Positions 31,989-41,853 are shown, counted from the first letter of the stretch. The stretch: DNA of 64,000 bases from an uncultured Verrucomicrobiae bacterium (GCA_963702845.1 OY969763.1:1920001-1984000), one strand, 5' to 3'. Notes: generated by a model not told the origin, from the sequence alone. Numbers and translations: made by a program.

Positions 31989-32822
31989 TTAGTCCCCCTC
32001 GTATTCGATCTCCTCTTGGGTGAAGAGGATCGTTAGAGTTCGACCATACTTACCTAAGCCAATCACGTCTTCGTTCATTTCGTGACGCGGAGCTTCAGGA
32101 AACCATTCGCTCAAACACGATGTGCTTTCCACTTCTTCTGATCGGAGAACATTTTCGAAATCTCTATTAAATCTAGCCGTTGCACTGGATGTCGGCAGTT
32201 CGTCGCCGCTTCGTAATGGCCTGATCATTGGAAGCTCTGCGAGAACGGGAGAAGCAAACGCATAATGGATTTGAGAACCTGAGCTGACGATAATGGCAAT
32301 AGGGTCTTCTGCTAATTGCCCATACCGGATAGCCGTTGCATTGAGAGATGTCTTGCACAGATTCGCCAATGCTTTAACCGATTTCAATCCGACGCCTGCT
32401 TTTCGGGCTGCTGGAATGAACAAATGTCGAGGCATTAACAAGTTTGCACTGAACACGTCAGCCTGCTTTTCGTTGGGGTCAGATGAAGTAAATGCACTCG
32501 CCGAATAATGAGTAGTAGCTCCATCTTGAAATAGAAACTCAACATGCCCAGGTAAAAAGTAGTGCCCGAGCTCATGACCAACGGTGAAGTTCACGAACCC
32601 TTCATTATTCAGATGATTGGCGTATCCAATGGAAAAATTATTGCCGATCATCATAAGACAGCCGGCAATCCCAGGGGCTGTTGATGGAAACGGTTGAACG
32701 TTGATGTCTTTCCGACCCGCAATTTCAATCGGACGGATTGGAAATGAAATAATATTTAACTCTTCGAGAACATCTTTTGCGCATTTCTCGGCTTCCTGCT
32801 GCAATAGCTTAGGGCTACGCAT
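31989..32822 (-). CDS. ImmA/IrrE-family metallopeptidase (CapP-like)
   Basis: FTVGHELGHY, EKQADVFSANLLMP and a C-terminal GAF-like region; co-transcribed with an HTH gene. Confidence 0.9.
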   Translation of the reverse strand: MRSPKLLQQEAEKCAKDVLEELNIISFPIRPIEIAGRKDINVQPFPSTAPGIAGCLMMIGNNFSIGYANHLNNEGFVNFTVGHELGHYFLPGHVEFLFQDGATTHYSASAFTSSDPNEKQADVFSANLLMPRHLFIPAARKAGVGLKSVKALANLCKTSLNATAIRYGQLAEDPIAIIVSSGSQIHYAFASPVLAELPMIRPLRSGDELPTSSATARFNRDFENVLRSEEVESTSCLSEWFPEAPRHEMNEDVIGLGKYGRTLTILFTQEEIEYEGD

Positions 32823-32825
32823 AGA

Positions 32826-33149
32826 TTACGTGTTCCGTTTAGCTAACTGATCTGCCATCTGTTCGAGAAATTCCAAATCTTTGGCAGTCAGTTGTTCGGC
32901 CTTGCGGAAGAGCTTGCCTACCGTTGCATTCGACAACGCTGGCGAATCTGAACGTCCGATGAGATAATCAGTAGTAACTTGTAATGCGTCGGCCAGTTTT
33001 CGAAGGTTGTCGAACGATGGGGAACGCGTTCCGGTCTCAAAATGGGAAATTGCCGACACTTGGAGTTTAGTTGCTTCGGCTAGGTCAGCTTGGTTCCAAC
33101 CCCGAAGATCACGAGCGGACTTTAAACGTTCGGGAAAAACTTTTTGCAT
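32826..33149 (-). CDS. XRE-family HTH repressor (CapH-like)
   Basis: FPERLKSARDLRGWNQADLA...ISHFETGTRSPSFDNLRKLADAL; divergent from the defence operon. Confidence 0.9.
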   Translation of the reverse strand: MQKVFPERLKSARDLRGWNQADLAEATKLQVSAISHFETGTRSPSFDNLRKLADALQVTTDYLIGRSDSPALSNATVGKLFRKAEQLTAKDLEFLEQMADQLAKRNT

Positions 33150-33157
33150 AATTCAGT

Positions 33158-33200
33158 TTGACGTCATGTTGACGATACCGTATACTATTAGTTGACGATA
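33158..33200 (+). promoter_or_regulatory. Sigma70-type promoter overlapped by candidate operator repeats
   Basis: TTGACG (33158-33163), 17 bp spacer, TATACT (33181-33186). GTTGACGATA occurs at 33168 and 33191. Confidence 0.7.
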
Positions 33201-33290
33201 GGGCCGGAACAAATCCGGTCTTATTTTTAACTTCGTGTTTACGGTTTCGTCAAACTTTACACGACGAAAAAGAAAGTGAAAGAAAAAACA

Positions 33291-33551
33291 ATGCAAACTG
33301 CAAATAAACCAACCGATGCACCGCCGCGAATCGTCTTCTTCATCGACAAGGAGAAATTCACGGTTGATGTGAAAGAACTCAGCGTCAAGAGCCTTATCGT
33401 GGATTATGCGAAAGAGGACCCGACAAAAACAACGCTGGGCTTGAAAGAAGGCAACCAGACGCCAAAGTTCACTAACTTGGATGAGGTGATTCCTCTGAAG
33501 GAAGGCATGCATTTCGTGCTATTCCACAATGAACCCACTCCTGTGTCATGA
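33291..33551 (+). CDS. Ubiquitin-like (multi-ubiquitin domain) protein, BubA-like
   Basis: IVFFIDKEKFTV..LSVKSLI...LDEVIPLKEGMHFVLF; ends PTPVS. Alternative GTG start at 33276. Confidence 0.8.
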   Translation: MQTANKPTDAPPRIVFFIDKEKFTVDVKELSVKSLIVDYAKEDPTKTTLGLKEGNQTPKFTNLDEVIPLKEGMHFVLFHNEPTPVS

Positions 33552-33934
33552 GTGACTACGGACCTGAACGGCTGTTGGCCGAACTGATAAAGCTCGGGTA
33601 CCATGTCGAGAAGGTTACTGGCAGCGATGGGGGCATCTTTGTGGTGCTCCCGTCGTTTGAAGTGCCGGCCGGCAAATTTGCTGGTCAAATCATTGGCTTA
33701 GGCCTCTATGGGACTCCCGATTATCCGAATAGCGTTCATTCTTCAATCCACGTGAAGGCTAGTCCGCAGCTGTATGAACCCACGCAGAACGTCCCTAATG
33801 TGCGGAACGTCCAAGCGAGTGCTCTCGGTTCTGAATGGCGATACTGGAGCAAGAATTTTAACTGGCCCAATGAAACAGAAAAAACGGCACGACGGCTCAT
33901 GGCGCGGATAACAACAATCTTTGAACATGCCTAA
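33548..33934 (+). CDS. Prokaryotic E2/UBC-fold protein without cysteine, BubB-like
   Basis: FEVPAGKFAG, PDYPNS, SALGSEWRYWSKNF; no Cys in 128 aa; lies between the Ubl and E1 genes. Confidence 0.75.
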   Translation: MSDYGPERLLAELIKLGYHVEKVTGSDGGIFVVLPSFEVPAGKFAGQIIGLGLYGTPDYPNSVHSSIHVKASPQLYEPTQNVPNVRNVQASALGSEWRYWSKNFNWPNETEKTARRLMARITTIFEHA

Positions 33935-35373
33935 CAACGAATTCAGCGTCGCGATGACGAATGTCGCCGACGAATTACTGCGAAAGCACTTATTGCGTCC
34001 TGACGGACAAGAAGATCTGTCATTATGCCTATGGACGCCGTCCCAGGGAGATCGGCGCTTAACCGCACTGCTGCATACTCCTGTGCTTCCAGAGGCGAAT
34101 GACAGACAAGTCCATGGAAATGTCAGCTTCAATTCGCAGTATGTAGAACGCGCCGCAAAATTGGCGATGGAGCAGAAATGCGGTTTGGCATTGCTCCACA
34201 GCCATCCATTTCCAGGTTGGCAAGGTATGAGCTACGACGATATTGCCGCAGAGAGTAAATGGGCTGGCGCAATTGAAGCATTGACGGATTTGCCTTTCGT
34301 GGGACTGACAGTCGGTTCAGATGGAGTTTGGAGTGCCCGTTTTTGGCAGCACGTTGCCGGTCGGGACTTTAGTGAGCATTGGTGTCGCGATGTCCGCAGT
34401 GCCGGGGAACGGCTTCGCGTTCATTTCGCAGATCGAGTCGCGCCGCCCCCTGTGTTCCACGAAATGTTCAAGCGCACGGCTGTGGTGTGGGGCGAGGAAA
34501 ACCACGCAACGCTGGCTCGTCTGCGGATCGGTATTGTTGGATTGGGAAGTGTGGGGAGCCTGGTAGCTGAAATGCTTGCACGAATGGCAATGGAGCATGT
34601 CACGCTCATTGATTTTGACGAAGTGCAGGAACACAATCTAGACCGGTTGGTGACGGCGACAAAAAAGGACATCGGTCGATTGAAAGTCGATGTGACAGAG
34701 GAGAGAATGTTGGCGAGTTCGACAGCCGCAAACATTGAAATAAGGAAAGTCCCGTACAGTGTTGTTGAAGAACCAGGATATCGCGCCGCTCTGGATTGCG
34801 ACGTCATATTTAGCTGCGTGGACAGGCCTCGGGCGCGGAAAATCTTGAATCATCTTGCGTATGCACATCTCATTCCGGTTGTTGACGGTGGAATTGCGGT
34901 ACGATTCAAGAATAACGAATTCAACGGCGTTGATTGGCAGCTGCAAACCGTTGGCCCCTCCCGCCCCTGTCTTGAATGTATCGGCCAGTTCAATTCTGAT
35001 GATGCCTGGACCGAAGAGGCCGGGTTCTTCGAAGATCCATCGGTACTTACAGAATTTACCAAGAGATCACGCATTCAAGCGAAATGAAAACGTGTTCCTT
35101 TTCAGCGCAAATCTCGCGTCGCTCGAGGTGTTCCAGATGGTTGAGTTGTGCACTGGCATCGGCGGAATTTATGACTACGGAATTCAACGATTTAGGTCGA
35201 ACATTGGAACGCTCGAATATGACGTTGAAAGGGAATGTAAAGCCGGATGCGGGATGGAAAACCTGACTGCACAGGGTGACCGACATTTCCATCTCTACGG
35301 ATTGGATAAAGCTGCAGAGGCCGCGCGACGACGACAAACAAAAACAATCAAGACCAAAAAACAGCGACGCTGA
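33927..35373 (+). CDS. JAB peptidase-ThiF/E1 fusion, frameshifted near 35043
   Basis: JAB motif HSHP..MSxDD; E1 motifs GLGSVG, DFD..HNLDRL, CVD..RAR, PCLEC. C-terminus (YLQNLP...CKAGC) is in the next frame. Confidence 0.88.
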
Positions 35374-35397
35374 TTTTTGTAATTTTTATTAAATATT

Positions 35398-35733
35398 ATG
35401 GCAGCATACTTTCTAACCAGTAATCCTAACAACCTGTTGGCAGCTTTCAAAAAAGCCATTGATGATGGTCATGTCGTCACATGGAGTTATGACAGCGATG
35501 GAGATTTTACCCACGCTGCGACTCAATGGAAGAACCTCGCGTGGTTTCGCCCTACGGCGAAGGCTGGTCGTTTAGTATTGAACATCCTAAAATCTCAAAA
35601 TTCGAGTGTGAGCAAGGAAGTCTACGCAATTTACCACGGCCGCATTATTGAGTCGCTGCTTGCTCATTGTGACAACATGTTCAGCGAAGCAACCGCGACG
35701 GCTCTGGCGAGCACAGGCGACATGATAAAATAA
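35398..35733 (+). CDS. Small conserved-looking hypothetical protein in the defence operon
   Basis: 111 aa; TWSYDSDGDFTH and YAIYHGRIIE motifs. Confidence 0.75.
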   Translation: MAAYFLTSNPNNLLAAFKKAIDDGHVVTWSYDSDGDFTHAATQWKNLAWFRPTAKAGRLVLNILKSQNSSVSKEVYAIYHGRIIESLLAHCDNMFSEATATALASTGDMIK

Positions 35734-35989
35734 ACCCATATAAAAAAACATTTACGAAAAGCCCCTGCTAACATTTTGGCCAAGCTGAAAACTATTAAGG
35801 GCAACGAAGTTGTTGCCGGCTGCGCGGTCAAGTTTAAAACCGACATGTGAAGGAATTCCACCGGGAAAAACACGTGGTTGTCCTTAAACCTCGATCTCAT
35901 AACAAGCACCACAAGCCGTTCGTGCTAACCCAAAACTTTATCATCCAAGGAGTAGTTACTGCGGTGCTGCCTTCTAATCTTTAAACAAT

Positions 35990-37294
35990 ATGTCCATTGC
36001 CGATACATTTAGCGATTTTCTCGCTAATCTCACAATTCAGAATACTGAAACCATCAGCCTTCGTTATGGTGAGCTTACCGCAGCTCTTAACAAAAAGTTC
36101 AGAGACACAGAATCCAAGACCTCTAACGTTCTTCAGGTCGGATCGTTCGGAAGAAGTACCGGTATCAACGGCATCTCTGACTTGGACATGTTATATATCA
36201 TGCCAAAGGCAGAATGGGATACCTACCAGGATGGGAAACAGTTAAAACTCTTGCAGGACGTGAAGTCTGCTGTGCTTGCTAGGTACCCGGCGACCGATGT
36301 TCGGGTTGACCGTCTTGTGGTAACCGTCACTTACACAGACTTCCACGTCGAGATTCAGCCGGTGTTCGAACAGGACGATGGGAGTTACATGTACCCGGAC
36401 ACACTGGATGAAGGGGCCTGGAAAATCACAAAACCGCGTGAAGAAATGGAAGCCATGTCCGATATGGATGAGGCAAAGAACTGCAACCTCAAACGACTGT
36501 GCCGAATGGGCCGTGCATGGAAAAACAAGCATGGTTTGGAAATGGGTGGTCTGCTGCTTGATACCTTGGCCTATAACTTTCTCGAAGGAACGGAGGAATA
36601 TGATGACCGCAGCTTCCTGTATTACGATTGGTTGAGCAGAGATTTTTTTCAGTATTTATCAGAATTACCGGAACAGGATTATTACGCCGCGCCAGGCAGC
36701 GGGCAACGGGTAAAAGTTAAAAAGAAGTTCCAAAGAAAAGCTAAGAAGGCGTATCGGTTGTGCTTGGCTGCGATTGAAGCGGAGGATGAAAAAGGGGTTA
36801 ATGACAAATGGAAAAAAGTGTACGGTCGTCCGTTCCCAGCAGCTTCTGAGGAGGTTGTTGAAACTAAAGTCGCAACCGCCTCTCAGGTGACGTGGAGGAA
36901 CACAGAACAATTTGCCGAAGATAGGTATCCTGTTGATATTCGTTATACTTTAAAGATTGATTGTGAAGTAAAACAAAACGGCTTTCGTGAGCATTTCCTT
37001 CGGGATATGATCGCCCGCGCTTTCCCTTTGTTAACAAACAAACAATTAAGATTCACTATCGTTCGCAACACTGTGCCGCCGCCTTATAAAATCGAATGGA
37101 AGGTTCTGAATCGCGGTGAAGTTGCCCAAGAAAGGGATTGTATTCGAGGAGAAATTGTCCCAGATGATGGTAACGACCAAAAAATCGAAACAACCAACTT
37201 TATGGGCGATCATGTCGTGGAATGTTACGCGATTAAGAACGGAATCGTGGTGGCTAAAGACCGGGTACATGTGCCTATTAATACAAAAATATGA
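35990..37294 (+). CDS. CD-NTase (SMODS nucleotidyltransferase) with C-terminal AGS-C domain; CBASS synthase
   Basis: VGSFGRSTGINGISDLDM, EIQPVF, W.ITKPREE, RAWKN; AGS-C motifs WKVLNRG...RGEI...GDHVVECYAIK. Confidence 0.9.
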   Translation: MSIADTFSDFLANLTIQNTETISLRYGELTAALNKKFRDTESKTSNVLQVGSFGRSTGINGISDLDMLYIMPKAEWDTYQDGKQLKLLQDVKSAVLARYPATDVRVDRLVVTVTYTDFHVEIQPVFEQDDGSYMYPDTLDEGAWKITKPREEMEAMSDMDEAKNCNLKRLCRMGRAWKNKHGLEMGGLLLDTLAYNFLEGTEEYDDRSFLYYDWLSRDFFQYLSELPEQDYYAAPGSGQRVKVKKKFQRKAKKAYRLCLAAIEAEDEKGVNDKWKKVYGRPFPAASEEVVETKVATASQVTWRNTEQFAEDRYPVDIRYTLKIDCEVKQNGFREHFLRDMIARAFPLLTNKQLRFTIVRNTVPPPYKIEWKVLNRGEVAQERDCIRGEIVPDDGNDQKIETTNFMGDHVVECYAIKNGIVVAKDRVHVPINTKI

Positions 37295-37872
37295 GAAGGG
37301 ATGATTTGCTAAAACATATTGCCGATACTGGTTACAATGTCGGATTTGGGGCAAAGAAGCACTTCGCTACCTATGACATCACCGACAAAGTACCGGCGAT
37401 GATTGGCTTTGTTTCGATTGCAATCGGCATTCTCGCTTTATTCATCGACTGGCTTGCGGCAAAGCACTTTGCGGCGGCATTTATCATACTTGGTGTTCTG
37501 GGTATCAGCATTTCGTTATATGATCACAAAAAAGAGAGTTACGCAGATGCGGGCCGTAAGCTAACGAAACTCTTTAACCGGCTTAAGCAGCTTTATTTCA
37601 ACGTAAAAGCTGCGAGCGATTCCGAACTGCCAGAATTTGAACGCCAGTTGAAGCTGATCGAAGACGAGTATAGCCAAATCGGCATGACGGATCAGATCCT
37701 TTTTAGCGGGTGGTTTGCGCACTACAAGTTCTTTTGGGAGCATCAGATCGATTGGATCGATGAGCAAAAGCACTTTAAATTTTTTCGCGATAAACTTCCG
37801 CTTAGCTTCATGCTGGCTGTGGGGCTGATAGTGGTTGGTGTAATTATCGCGATTGTAGCTTGTCACATCTAA
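37291..37872 (+). CDS. SLATT-family transmembrane effector
   Basis: GYNVGFGAKKHFATYD, two TM helices, WFAHYKFFW, C-terminal TM; start overlaps the CD-NTase stop. Confidence 0.85.
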   Translation: MRRDDLLKHIADTGYNVGFGAKKHFATYDITDKVPAMIGFVSIAIGILALFIDWLAAKHFAAAFIILGVLGISISLYDHKKESYADAGRKLTKLFNRLKQLYFNVKAASDSELPEFERQLKLIEDEYSQIGMTDQILFSGWFAHYKFFWEHQIDWIDEQKHFKFFRDKLPLSFMLAVGLIVVGVIIAIVACHI

Positions 37873-37983
37873 TCGCAACTCTTAATCGACAGTCGTGCTC
37901 AATATTTATACCGCAGCAAGTTTGTTGATTCTCGTGACAGTTTGCCTGAAAACGACAAACCATCAACGGTGCGCAATGAAACC

Positions 37984-38060
37984 CAAAAATTAAATTACGG
38001 TTTCGACTCAATGGTGAACTGTGTGTTTCCCGAATGAAATTGTTCCTGAAAAGTTGGATA
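37984..38060 (-). pseudogene. Third, more decayed recombinase 3'-end remnant
   Basis: 19 nt caaaaattaaattacggtt is identical to 30834-30852; reads FSGTISF/GNTQFTIESKP* with one shift. Confidence 0.65.
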
Positions 38061-38147
38061 ACCCGAAGGGAAATGGCGGGTCAAACTTGCCGTTGGGATG
38101 CGGTAAGACATCGCTCGACATTCGACTTCACCGGATTAGGCTGCGCC

Positions 38148-39779
38148 ATGAGCACCAACCGCCCCCACGTAAGTGTGGACTCCTGTGATTCCTTGCGTCA
38201 TGTGATTCACATAGTCCTCGTTTTACTCGCAATCTGGAATTTTTTTGTTCTCGCGCCTGGAGTTTTCGCGCAAGAAAGTGGCGATAACCCGGTAACCTGG
38301 GACGTCGTTCGCTGGCAACAATGGCGTGACATTCAAATAACAAACATGCTTACCCCAACATTCATTACGAACGGCCAAACATTGATTTCTCGGCAGGCAG
38401 TCATCACGAACGCAGCCGCCGCTTACGTAGTGCTGGAGTCTGTTGCACAAAAAGACCCCTCCTTCCTGTCCAACTCGGAAAAAATGTCAGTGCTTAGTAA
38501 CTTCTTGGCCTTTACTAAGGCGCAGCATTGGATGGCAGTTACTGACGACAGCACAAATTTGACCCATAGCCTCGGGTTAAATATTTCGGACACAGACTAC
38601 TGGGGGTACGTTTCAAACCAAGTCGAGTTTCCACCCCTGCTAGAAAGCCAACAGTTTTTGCAGACAATGTTTCAGCGCAAATACAAAGCCGCTTACGACA
38701 TGATTGAACATGTGAACCTTAGTTTGCCGGACACAAATAAATGGATTGTTCTGCCATTTCGTGCCGGCTTTATCCAATCCGTCGACAAAACGACGTACGG
38801 TAGAATGTTAATTCTGATTCCGAATGACAGGGGACGCGATGGGGCAATTCGAGATAAATGGATTTTATTTGCTATTGCGACACCCGAACTGGCTCCAGCA
38901 ATCGAGATTAAGAGTGTTTCTATGTTCACGGTTCGAAAAGACCCTGCTAACTCGGGTAAAACGAAAACGTATTACGGCGACTTCCTGCGAAACCGTGACA
39001 ACACCTCAGGAAACATTTCTATCAACTCGACTTTTCTTATTAAGCCGACTCCAAGTAAGAACTGCTACGATTGCCACAAACCTTCGGTTCTTCCGATATT
39101 TCCTGCTGCAGAATATGATTTTGACAGTGCCGGTAACCTGATTGAAAAGAGCGTCGGTGTTGGCCAAACGCTCGATTTGGTCAACAATCGTATCGAAGAT
39201 TACGGCCTACCCGATTTTGGAGTGCAAGATACCTCCGCTTACGGTCCATCCTTGGGTCCGGACGCGGCTCCTCCCTCAGCCGAGTTTATCAAGTATGCGA
39301 GTGAGGACAGCTCGTTGTCGGATCAATCAGTTCGAAATATTCAGCGAGCAATGAACTGCGCTGAATGTCATGATGACTTTGCCAAAATCAATTACCTTCA
39401 GGCGGTTCGTAGCGATAGGGATGTTAAGGCATTTGTTGGCAAGAGAGGGATGGTGCAGACCTTTATTGAGAATGGATGGATGCCGCCAGATCGAAATCTC
39501 ACTTCACAAGAGAGGACTGCGTTATGGAAGTGTCTGATGAATCAATACTTGAACTTAAAAACTATTGATGGATTGTTCGTGTCCTGGCTTAAAAATAACG
39601 TTCCGAGTCTGCTGCCACAGCCCGCAGCATTGCCCGGGACTCATAATCCGCGCCTTGCAGCCTATTTAGCCCGACATTCCCGGAGTCAAATGCTGCCAGA
39701 AGCGGCTGTTATTCGTGACCTTCAGGAAGAGCGAGTGAGGGCTCGGACCCAAGATGCGATTCCCGTCCACGGCTTTTGA
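38148..39779 (+). CDS. Exported dihaem c-type cytochrome domain protein
   Basis: Signal peptide ending GVFA|QE; CYDCH and CAECH; distal MPP. Confidence 0.8.
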   Translation: MSTNRPHVSVDSCDSLRHVIHIVLVLLAIWNFFVLAPGVFAQESGDNPVTWDVVRWQQWRDIQITNMLTPTFITNGQTLISRQAVITNAAAAYVVLESVAQKDPSFLSNSEKMSVLSNFLAFTKAQHWMAVTDDSTNLTHSLGLNISDTDYWGYVSNQVEFPPLLESQQFLQTMFQRKYKAAYDMIEHVNLSLPDTNKWIVLPFRAGFIQSVDKTTYGRMLILIPNDRGRDGAIRDKWILFAIATPELAPAIEIKSVSMFTVRKDPANSGKTKTYYGDFLRNRDNTSGNISINSTFLIKPTPSKNCYDCHKPSVLPIFPAAEYDFDSAGNLIEKSVGVGQTLDLVNNRIEDYGLPDFGVQDTSAYGPSLGPDAAPPSAEFIKYASEDSSLSDQSVRNIQRAMNCAECHDDFAKINYLQAVRSDRDVKAFVGKRGMVQTFIENGWMPPDRNLTSQERTALWKCLMNQYLNLKTIDGLFVSWLKNNVPSLLPQPAALPGTHNPRLAAYLARHSRSQMLPEAAVIRDLQEERVRARTQDAIPVHGF

Positions 39780-39881
39780 TCGAGCTTGGCAATTGGATTG
39801 ACAAGTGCGGTCCAGTTAAATAGTGAAAACGACTTCACAGTTGACGGCGACCGGTCGCATTTCCAAGTCGTGCGTCGGATG

Positions 39882-40137
39882 AAATCCGTGCGATTTCGGT
39901 GGATATACCTAGAAGACGTGTCTGTGGATCGGAAATGGGTTTGTCATCCCTCGGATGAATCAGGTGCAACCAGTCGAAGGAAGTAAGATGCATCGGTTGC
40001 CGCCGTCGTCGTTCCGTTCGGCATTACGGTCAGAAACGCCGAACGGATTTACCAAAGCGGTTTTTGAAGCCAATAGCAGTTCTTGTATTTCTGCTCCAGA
40101 CGGTTTTAGGCAATTTGTGAAAGCATTTCTTAAATGA
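39882..40137 (+). pseudogene. 3' remnant of a second C5 methylase copy
   Basis: NPCDFGGYT*KTCLWIGNGF...GSKMHRLPPS..RSALRSETPNGF matches 31730-31960. Confidence 0.85.
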
Positions 40138-40285
40138 ATCGACCTTTAAGTCTGCGACGGAACGGAACTATTGGAGCAGCTTTAACAAATGGATATCGCA
40201 TGAAAACAGGAGAGTGAGGATCGATCTTTTTCCAGATTTTGTCTAATGCTGATTTTAGTATTCCAGTTCTATCTTCGTCCACGTC
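40130..40285 (-). repeat. Copy 2 of the 'DEDRT' gene-end remnant
   Basis: DEDRTGILKSALDKIWKKIDPHSPVFMRYPF...KGRFI*. Confidence 0.8.
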
Positions 40286-40326
40286 CGGCACCCTGTGGGG
40301 TATAGATAGAACCAAAATTTTATGGT

Positions 40327-40358
40327 CAAAAAAGCCCAGCAAATGCTGGGCTTTTTTG
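40327..40358. terminator. Bidirectional terminator-like hairpin
   Basis: CAAAAAAGCCCAGCA-aa-TGCTGGGCTTTTTTG. Confidence 0.75.
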
Positions 40359-40537
40359 TTTTCCGAGTTTTGTCAAAATCAGAAAACCGACACCCATTTA
40401 CCAGGATCGAACCGGCGTCAATTTTACGGCTTAAAATCGTGAGCACGATTGGAGACTTCGTAGGCGCTGATTTGTATCGAGACCACCGGTTTTTGCTGCA
40501 TTTGACAATGGTTAAACACTGAAGAATGTTTCGTTGT

Positions 40538-40738
40538 ATGAAAATCACCCAATCAATTGACAGTTGCCTTGGCGGCAAATGCCCAGCTCTTCATCTCACT
40601 GACGATGGACGGGTTGTTGTCCAAGGTTATCGTCTTAATCGCGACGAACAGTCGGCCGTTACCACGCCTGATGGTGAATCTTCTGTGGTAATGGACCTTG
40701 AAGTGTTTCGTCGTTTGGCTAGCGACCTTAAAGTCTAG
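40538..40738 (+). CDS. Small protein of the type found upstream of DUF6879 genes
   Basis: CLGGKCPALHLTDDGRVVVQGY...PDGESSV pattern. Confidence 0.7.
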   Translation: MKITQSIDSCLGGKCPALHLTDDGRVVVQGYRLNRDEQSAVTTPDGESSVVMDLEVFRRLASDLKV

Positions 40739-40794
40739 CCGTGCTACAATAAAGGCCGTTCGGTATTCCACATTTTGTGGGGCCACGCCTATTT

Positions 40795-41329
40795 ATGCTT
40801 ACGCTAGAAGAACTATTCCAATCCTTCAAATCAGAGGCGTTTCGTTTTGAGGCGCTGCCCGCCTACCACATTACCGAAACCGAAGAATTATCGATCTTCG
40901 AAAGCTATTTGAAAGGCTAATGTCGTCCCGCGCCCTGGAGACGCGGAATGGCTTTGTTCTGTTCGCGACCGGAAAAAGCAGGGGAAGCAAATCGAGAGAG
41001 TCAGAATGGTTCCCGAAAGCTTCAGCTCATACGTAAATTTCGAATTAGAGTGGGGATATCGTTTTAATGTTGAAGCTGGGGAATCCATACGCGTGATATC
41101 CGAGAGTGATGTCAAGCAGCTAAACGGAACGATACCGCCAGATTTTTGGGTGTTTGATTCGCAGCGAGTAGCAATATTCGAGTATTCGCCTTCAGGTGAG
41201 TGGTTGGGTGCAAAAATCCTCGACACCGGAACTGAACCGTACGTCAAACTTGCGACGATGCTGAAGGAGAAATCTGTCGATTTGAACTCATATTTCGGTA
41301 CCAAACGAAGAACGGGCCGGTTTCCATGA
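40795..41329 (+). CDS. DUF6879-like protein, frameshifted near 40917
   Basis: FQSFKSEAFRFEALPAY, then GKQIERVR, NVEAGESIR and DFWVFDS in the next frame. Confidence 0.75.
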
Positions 41330-41853
41330 AGGACATGCTGACATGGTTGAGCACCGTAAACAGTTCGACGATGATCGCGGTGCTTGCTTTGGTGGTGTCT
41401 TTGATCGTGATGTTTTTTAATTCTCGGCAGCTATCTCTTTTGGTCAGGCAACTTCGTCTGGATAGTCTCATCAAGATCAGCGACTGCAATCGGCAGCTTG
41501 TTTCATTGGGTTTTGCAAAACCGGAGTTGTGGAAAGCGCTAAACGAATCCACGGACTTGCTTGACGGAAAGACCGCGGAAGATCGTAGACGATACTTGCA
41601 GCTTTGGTTTAACCACATGCATGTCATATGGAAAGCTCACAGGCTCGGCCTTCTCGATCGAGATGAATGGAACGCCTGTCGTGTAGATTTGATAGATTCT
41701 TTACGAATACGATATTTGCGGACGCATTGGTCAGAAGTTAAAGAGTATTATCCGAAAGCGTTCCAATGCTTCGTGGACGACAGGATCAAAGAAGGGGATG
41801 AGACGCCTCAACGAGGAGGCGGAGTCCGCGCGGGCTTAATAACTCCCGCATAG
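41326..41853 (+). CDS. N-terminal TM helical protein, DUF6082/DUF4760-like
   Basis: TM, RQL..QLR, KPELW, HW...YY..FQ.FVD; coupled to the previous gene. Confidence 0.6.
   Translation: MKDMLTWLSTVNSSTMIAVLALVVSLIVMFFNSRQLSLLVRQLRLDSLIKISDCNRQLVSLGFAKPELWKALNESTDLLDGKTAEDRRRYLQLWFNHMHVIWKAHRLGLLDRDEWNACRVDLIDSLRIRYLRTHWSEVKEYYPKAFQCFVDDRIKEGDETPQRGGGVRAGLITPA

Noticed and set aside
38034..38147. N-terminal extension of the cytochrome ORF
   Set aside because: Overlaps the recombinase remnant and lies upstream of the signal peptide.
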